DNA of 37,578 nt from a virus: IMG/VR virus record IMGVR_UViG_3300012943_000020, positions 1 through 37,578 of that record, one strand, 5' to 3'. A program made the translations under genes and the position numbers. Positions 32,148-37,578 of this stretch are shown here, piece after piece; position 1 is the first letter of the stretch; every line of letters starts with the position of its first letter. The notes beneath the pieces were generated by a model. That model made no database searches, had not been told where the DNA came from, and was given only the letters and a program-made list of their open reading frames with translations.

Positions 32148-33521
32148 ATCATAAATGCTTTTGAGTCCTGCTATAGTTCCACCACCTAGCCCAGCCTTCA
32201 CTAGCATTTTTTTCATTTGCTCTTTTGACAACTCTTTTTCCTTAATGCCTTGATGATGCTTAGCCGTTTCAGGATGCTTTGCAAGAAAGTTTTTCATAGG
32301 CACTGAATTTTCATTAAACAAATTCTCTGGATTTTCAGGAACCAGGCGCAAATCACTTTGAACCATCTTGCCCACCCCTTTGCGCAAATTAGGGGCAAAG
32401 TAAGTATCTTTAAGCTGTTTTACAGTCTTTTTGCCTTGTTTTAATACGTGCGCAATATCAATATGACCTTCTTTTAATAAATGCCGTTCCAAATCCTCAT
32501 TGATTTTATCACGCAGTTCAAGGATTTCTTCGCCTTGGTTTTCTAAAGCAATATCATCCGAAGTTAGCCCTTTAGTGCCTTTTTTATATAAATGGCTTTG
32601 TAAGTCATGAACCGCGTTGTAATCCCCGCTTTTTGCCTTGGCTATTAATTGGCGACTGGCACGAGTCTTAGGCAATATTTCTGCTATCTTATCCATGTAT
32701 TCATCTTTAACAGGGATTTTAATATCACGATTTTTAATTGCTCCGCGAACCTGTCCATACAATTCATCGGCCGTTGATTGCAATCTATCATGAGGTTTTT
32801 GCACGGATTGAACTAAATCCTCAGCAGTTGACTTAGAGGTTAAACCGCGCAAAAACGCAGGTATTTTGTCCTCAGCCTTTTGCAATACTTTCCCCGCCAC
32901 TTTACCCGCACCACCTAAAGCCAAGCCACCAGCAGCGCCTAATCCTCGATTCGCAGCATCGCCAGGCGTACCAATTGCACCCGCTCCGGCAATAGCTAAA
33001 GGATTTTGCAGCGCACCAGGAACTTTGGCAAGCGCCGCGCCCCCCTTAAGTCCTTGCATAAGCTTGCCGAATAAACCACCGCCACCAGCAAGTTCACCGG
33101 CTAGTTGTACGCCCTTTTGGCCACTTGATTGAGGTTGAGGAAATAGACCGGTTAAATCGGGGCTATTCGCTAAGCTCTGGGTGAATTCAGTTGGTATTAA
33201 GCCAGCTACTCCCCGAATAGGAATAGATGCACCCTGTAGTAATCCACCAGCAGCCGAAGGAATATAGTTTGCCGCATTACTAAATCGTTCAGCTTCTTTG
33301 TTAAACCAGGGATGTTCGTCTTTAGGAGTCACTTTAAGCATCATATCAACCATCCATTCAGGCGTGTTAGGATGTTGTTGCATGATTTGCTTTTTAGCTA
33401 AATCCATTACCTTTTTTTGCTCGTCCTCGCCTAAATCATAAAATGATTGCGCGCTGGCTTCTGGGGTATCATCGGCCAGTAAATTGATAGGCGCATCATC
33501 AGCTAACAAATTAATGCCCAT
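32136..33521 (-). CDS. Internal virion/ejection-like protein with a Gly/Ala-rich centre (461 aa)
   Basis: Position between the tube genes and the fibres. TAATG coupling. N-terminal duplicated INLLADD(A/T)P. Confidence 0.5.
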   Translation of the reverse strand: MGINLLADDAPINLLADDTPEASAQSFYDLGEDEQKKVMDLAKKQIMQQHPNTPEWMVDMMLKVTPKDEHPWFNKEAERFSNAANYIPSAAGGLLQGASIPIRGVAGLIPTEFTQSLANSPDLTGLFPQPQSSGQKGVQLAGELAGGGGLFGKLMQGLKGGAALAKVPGALQNPLAIAGAGAIGTPGDAANRGLGAAGGLALGGAGKVAGKVLQKAEDKIPAFLRGLTSKSTAEDLVQSVQKPHDRLQSTADELYGQVRGAIKNRDIKIPVKDEYMDKIAEILPKTRASRQLIAKAKSGDYNAVHDLQSHLYKKGTKGLTSDDIALENQGEEILELRDKINEDLERHLLKEGHIDIAHVLKQGKKTVKQLKDTYFAPNLRKGVGKMVQSDLRLVPENPENLFNENSVPMKNFLAKHPETAKHHQGIKEKELSKEQMKKMLVKAGLGGGTIAGLKSIYDLIK

Positions 33522-34657
33522 TATTTCCCCTTAGCCATTAATTTTTCAATTACCTGGCCTATATTTAATCCAGTTTCTTTAGCCGTACTTTTAATGGCTT
33601 CGGGTGTCCATTGGGGATTTATTTGAATTAATTGAGGACCCCATTCGGCCAAAAGGCCTGCATCTTCGGATTGTGTTAAAGCACTTTGCTTGCCCTCTTT
33701 GGTTTCTTGTTTGCCTTTTTCAGTAAAGAAACTTTGGGTTTTAGGATCGTAATCAATCTTAAACTTAACCGGAGAAGTACCCGCTTTTTTATAGGTAGCC
33801 GTCTCTTTATCTAAAATATCATTTAACTGTTGCCATTGGGCAATCGCTACATCTTGGTTTTTATACCACTTAGAAGGATTGGATAATTCACGCAATCTAT
33901 CCATAGCCGATGGTTGAATTGAGTCTTTATAGAATTGTCGCATTTGATCGGCCATCAAAGACGCAGAATTAACCGCCTTAGAATAGTTAATATAATCCTC
34001 AGACGGCTGCCCACCTAAAGCCATATTCGTAAACTCTTTAAACAAATCCATTGGCTTGCCAGAATAGCGCGTTAAATCCTGTGGATTAATGGATTGACGC
34101 GTTTTATCCAAGTTTTGCGCCCGCAAATAAGTATTACGGGCGTCCGCATCGCCTGTCTGTTTATTAATGGAGCGCTCATAGGCCTCTTGCTCTTCGGGTG
34201 TACGTCCACCGCCTTCATCGGGGTAAATTGGCTGCCCTTGAGCGTTATAATATTGCTCTCCAACCTTGGTGACTGCGCCTTGCGGTACTTTGCCTTGTCT
34301 ATTGGCATTAACAATATCCGTACCGCCTTGGCCTTTTCCTTCTGCCAGCGATTTACCCAGTGTTGTTGAACTTCGCAAGCCCGCTGTTTGGTTTAGAATA
34401 TCCCGATAATCAATAAGTGATTGATGCCCAGACATCGCCATATCATGCGCGGCTTTAGCTTGTAAATAACGTGGATCATCTTCGCCGTACTGGTTTTTTA
34501 ATTGCTCCACATACATGGCATTCGCCACATCACCCGAAGGATGCAACGAATTATTGTATTTGGCGTTCATAATCTTTGCGAACATGTTAGAGCCTGTATC
34601 TACACCCTTTAACAGCGCATCACCAGGCAATGACGGCATGGGAATATTCATAGCCAT
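33521..34657 (-). CDS. Internal virion/ejection-like protein (378 aa)
   Basis: Synteny and TAATG coupling at both ends. Confidence 0.5.
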   Translation of the reverse strand: MAMNIPMPSLPGDALLKGVDTGSNMFAKIMNAKYNNSLHPSGDVANAMYVEQLKNQYGEDDPRYLQAKAAHDMAMSGHQSLIDYRDILNQTAGLRSSTTLGKSLAEGKGQGGTDIVNANRQGKVPQGAVTKVGEQYYNAQGQPIYPDEGGGRTPEEQEAYERSINKQTGDADARNTYLRAQNLDKTRQSINPQDLTRYSGKPMDLFKEFTNMALGGQPSEDYINYSKAVNSASLMADQMRQFYKDSIQPSAMDRLRELSNPSKWYKNQDVAIAQWQQLNDILDKETATYKKAGTSPVKFKIDYDPKTQSFFTEKGKQETKEGKQSALTQSEDAGLLAEWGPQLIQINPQWTPEAIKSTAKETGLNIGQVIEKLMAKGK

Positions 34658-35265
34658 TATTTACCCCCGAAGAAATTCCAGCCTTTACCGCCTTGGCCGC
34701 CTAGGTAACTTCCAAGAATACCGCCGCCAAGCCCTAACAAATTACCAAACGTGCTACCGCCCGCATTTTGTTGGCCAAATGCCATTTGCGCCGAATTTTG
34801 CCCCATTTGATTGGCATTATTAGCCATCTGACCAGCAGAATTAGCCCCTTGACCATAAATTCCTTGAGACAATCCCGCGCCAGCCATGTACTTTTGCATT
34901 AAGTCATCAAGGTAATTCTTCTTGTCATCTAGTCCAATTTGCGTGGTTCCTGCCTGAATGGCATTAAGTGCAGGCGATGAACCCATAAGACCTAAGCCGC
35001 TTGCAGCCGATAGCCCATGCTCTTGCGCCATGTTCTCGGCTTGTTTAGCGCTTTCTGATTCGGTATAACCTTTTGACCATTCATCACGCAATTTTCCAGG
35101 ATTCATTAATGCATCAATGTATTGCTGCAAATTCTTGTATTGGTCTTGACCTTGTTGGTTATAGGGTTGTAGTGCGCCTTGGCCTTGTTGATAGTACTTA
35201 TCCAACTGCTCTTGGCCTGCTTGATAGCCCTTTTGTGGGTGTAAAAAACTTGAAAACCAGCTCAT
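34657..35265 (-). CDS. Gln/Gly-rich internal virion-like protein (202 aa)
   Basis: AAGGAG RBS. Low-complexity Q/G composition with a GGxGG C-terminus. Confidence 0.5.
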   Translation of the reverse strand: MSWFSSFLHPQKGYQAGQEQLDKYYQQGQGALQPYNQQGQDQYKNLQQYIDALMNPGKLRDEWSKGYTESESAKQAENMAQEHGLSAASGLGLMGSSPALNAIQAGTTQIGLDDKKNYLDDLMQKYMAGAGLSQGIYGQGANSAGQMANNANQMGQNSAQMAFGQQNAGGSTFGNLLGLGGGILGSYLGGQGGKGWNFFGGK

Positions 35266-35280
35266 AGGTAAAACTCCTTT

Positions 35281-35574
35281 TTATGGCCAAGCGGTCGTTG
35301 TAAACTTCACTAAAGCCCCGTTTTGCATCCCTACATAAACGTTATTTGTTGTGTCGTACAATAAAACGCCATTCGTTAGCGTTCCAGCCACATTCATGGC
35401 TGTAATCTCTGCCGCGGTGTAGCTCATGGCTGTTAAAAGGTTAAAAGAACCTTGTATATCCGTATAATTTTCGTTTAGCGTGTCCACTAACACCCATAAC
35501 CACTGTAAAAAAGGCTGCTCAAAATCGCCATTTAAAACAGGTGCAGAATCAATCCTATCTAAAAACACACTCAT
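35281..35574 (-). CDS. Hypothetical virion-module protein (97 aa)
   Basis: TAATG coupling to the 596-aa gene. Confidence 0.55.
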   Translation of the reverse strand: MSVFLDRIDSAPVLNGDFEQPFLQWLWVLVDTLNENYTDIQGSFNLLTAMSYTAAEITAMNVAGTLTNGVLLYDTTNNVYVGMQNGALVKFTTTAWP

Positions 35575-37364
35575 TAGTTAGCCCCTCCGCTAACTCGTTT
35601 CGTATTTCTAACACCACCTAATATTACAATAGGCGCAGAACTTACACACACTACTTTATAACAGCGATTGCGACTTATCCCTAGCTCATACCAGCGCATA
35701 CGCCATCGGTATTGACCAAGAGGGCTAAATTCCCTTACATCCGCTGGTAAATAAGTTTCGCCACCGTCATCAGAATAATAAAGCTCAACATGAGGCTTAA
35801 AAAGCGCGTTGTAATGGTTGTCATCAAAGGATGGGGTATTTGATCCCTCGGCAATAATGAATTTATCATCCTCTGTAACCAAGTATATGGGCGACTCTGG
35901 CGTACTATCTTCATCAACAATATAAACGGCATTAAGATAAGGAGCATTGCTCTTATAAAACGTCTTATTACCAAATACAAAATCAATCTCGACATATTCA
36001 TCAACAAACTCACTGTAATCGGGTAAAAACAACTGTTTCGTAACCAATTCATAGCGCATAGGGTATTTGTTAAACGCATCAGTGGCTTGTGGGTCGGCCT
36101 GGTTCTCGTTTCTAAGCTCATTGTGATAAATGTTTCCCGCCATCGCATAAATAGCCGGATCGCCAATCACCGTCACCAAATGCTGATTATTAAAATACAC
36201 ATGCTTTCTTATTCGGTTACGCTCGCCATTAAGCTCAATACATCGCGCCCAATTCTGTGCTTCAAAGTTGTATTCAACACAACTCGCATTATCATCAATA
36301 TCTAAATCACCACTTCCCTCATACACACCCGCACTCACCCGATAAAAAACCGTGTTCTCATATTGATACAAAAACCCTGAAACCTCAGTATCTAAAAACG
36401 GGCTTGTGGTATCGGGGTTGCGTGAATTCTCAAGCAATACGTTAATGGCCTGGGATGATATATCTTGAGGTGCTTGGCCGTTACTCATCATAAAGGACAC
36501 AAGACCATTCGCATTTTTAGCAAGCCACACCATCATGCCAAAATCAACACTTAAACTGTGGGGATCGGCAATCCCAAAATCAAAGTTATACGAACTATTA
36601 AGCTTCCACGGAAACTCACGAGTCACACTACCCACCGTAATTTGGGTAATAATGTTCGCCCATACATCAGTCACAAAGTCGCACATAATGTAAAGCTGGT
36701 TGTGCAATACTGCAAATTGACCAATAACCCCAGACGCTTGAGCAAATAAGGCTTGGGCTGGACTTCCAAAACTAAAGCACGCAGACGCCCCACCCGTCAC
36801 GTTAATGGTGCTTAAGTAAAACTCAGGTGTATCAGCTTTACTTACAACAAAGCGATTACCGAACGCCGCAACATAGAGGGGTTTGCCGCCCGTAGTGCTT
36901 CCACCAGGGGCATTGGGATCGGTAATCGGCACGGCGGTAACGGACGCCCCACTTTCAGTAATTAAGAAAATGGTATTGCCATCCGTCATCATATTGTACA
37001 CAGTAGAACCCGCGGCCAAGGTAGCAAACCAAATCGGCGTACCTAAAGCCACACTAATTCCAAGGGTCTTTCTGTTATAAAATCGGTCGTATTGATAGAC
37101 GCTTGTACCCTCTACCACATACAGGTAATTAATGGATTTGTATTCAGCCCGTGGCTCGCTGTTAAACACCAATCGATTTTGGTTAAGAAAACGCACATGC
37201 TGTCGCCCCATAGCAGGGTATAAGGCTTGAGTTTTCTTTCCTGATTCAACTTGTATGCCATACCAGTTCGCGCAATCCATAGCACCAAACTGCGTAAAAC
37301 GCTGTACATCGTAATAACAAAATATAGGTAGTTGCTCTATTTGAGCATCAAAGGGGCGCGCCAT
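35574..37364 (-). CDS. Tail tube/nozzle protein, tail-tubular-B-like (596 aa)
   Basis: Size and position after the adaptor-like gene. Beta-rich sequence. Confidence 0.55.
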   Translation of the reverse strand: MARPFDAQIEQLPIFCYYDVQRFTQFGAMDCANWYGIQVESGKKTQALYPAMGRQHVRFLNQNRLVFNSEPRAEYKSINYLYVVEGTSVYQYDRFYNRKTLGISVALGTPIWFATLAAGSTVYNMMTDGNTIFLITESGASVTAVPITDPNAPGGSTTGGKPLYVAAFGNRFVVSKADTPEFYLSTINVTGGASACFSFGSPAQALFAQASGVIGQFAVLHNQLYIMCDFVTDVWANIITQITVGSVTREFPWKLNSSYNFDFGIADPHSLSVDFGMMVWLAKNANGLVSFMMSNGQAPQDISSQAINVLLENSRNPDTTSPFLDTEVSGFLYQYENTVFYRVSAGVYEGSGDLDIDDNASCVEYNFEAQNWARCIELNGERNRIRKHVYFNNQHLVTVIGDPAIYAMAGNIYHNELRNENQADPQATDAFNKYPMRYELVTKQLFLPDYSEFVDEYVEIDFVFGNKTFYKSNAPYLNAVYIVDEDSTPESPIYLVTEDDKFIIAEGSNTPSFDDNHYNALFKPHVELYYSDDGGETYLPADVREFSPLGQYRWRMRWYELGISRNRCYKVVCVSSAPIVILGGVRNTKRVSGGAN

Positions 37365-37578
37365 TAGATACCCGCCCTAACGCGCCATGCGCCATTTAAT
37401 AAACTTTGCTCATCACCCTTAATGGATAAATTAACCTCACTGGCTGCTTCCATATCAGCCTTAAGCTCACGGTATTCAGCCTCTAGGTCATCAGTCCATG
37501 CCGTGCCACGCCCTTTAAACTTAGAGGTATATTTGGCAACTGCATATAAAAAGAACAATTCAAAGTATTCGGGCAATC
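37364..37578 (-). CDS. C-terminal part of the junction-spanning 313-aa virion gene, open at the right edge
   Basis: Same reading frame as 850->1 across the 123-nt overlap. Stop at 37364-37366. Confidence 0.7.
   Translation of the reverse strand, partial: LPEYFELFFLYAVAKYTSKFKGRGTAWTDDLEAEYRELKADMEAASEVNLSIKGDEQSLLNGAWRVRAGI
37456..37578. repeat. Terminal overlap copy 2, identical to 1-123
   Basis: Exact identity with the first 123 nt of the window. Confidence 0.9.

Overview
The window is a complete, circularly closed tailed-phage genome with a podovirus-like gene order. Bases 1-123 are identical to 37456-37578, so the unit length is 37,455 bp. The overlap falls inside a CDS, so it is an assembly or permutation overlap and not a packaged terminal repeat.

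All functional calls come from motifs and synteny read by eye. No database search was run.

Transcription blocks:
1. A long minus-strand late block runs 9235->1 and continues through the junction 37455->23225. It carries a small protein, TerS, TerL, a P22-like portal, scaffold, major capsid, tail-tube/nozzle-like proteins, Gly-rich internal/ejection-like proteins, three fibre-like proteins, a DUF1353-like lipoprotein, a GH24 endolysin, and VRR-NUC and HNH nucleases.
2. A minus-strand early block runs 15546->10151. It carries a Cro-like regulator, many small proteins, an envelope module (SPFH lipoprotein plus membrane proteins), a replication initiator containing iterons and a DnaA box, and a CspA-like protein.
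3. A plus-strand block runs 15630->22214. It carries a Sak4-like ATPase, an SSB-like protein ending DDIPF, a Cas4-like exonuclease and an SF2 helicase.
4. Two small plus-strand operons lie at 9603-10173 and 22582-23221.

I did not recognise an integrase, a CI-type repressor, a DNA or RNA polymerase, a CRISPR array or a canonical tRNA.

Most interesting signals:
- an ori-like iteron and DnaA-box cluster inside the rep gene, with a near-consensus antisense promoter over the rep start
- a 60-nt tRNA-like element that lacks an anticodon arm
- a dispersed GTGTTGACGTA motif that also forms the palindromic operators of the two early promoters
- a translationally coupled membrane module (SPFH lipoprotein plus a holin-like 2-TM protein) in the early operon, while the endolysin has no neighbouring holin or spanin
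- several strong-RBS ORFs shorter than 60 aa that the ORF track misses
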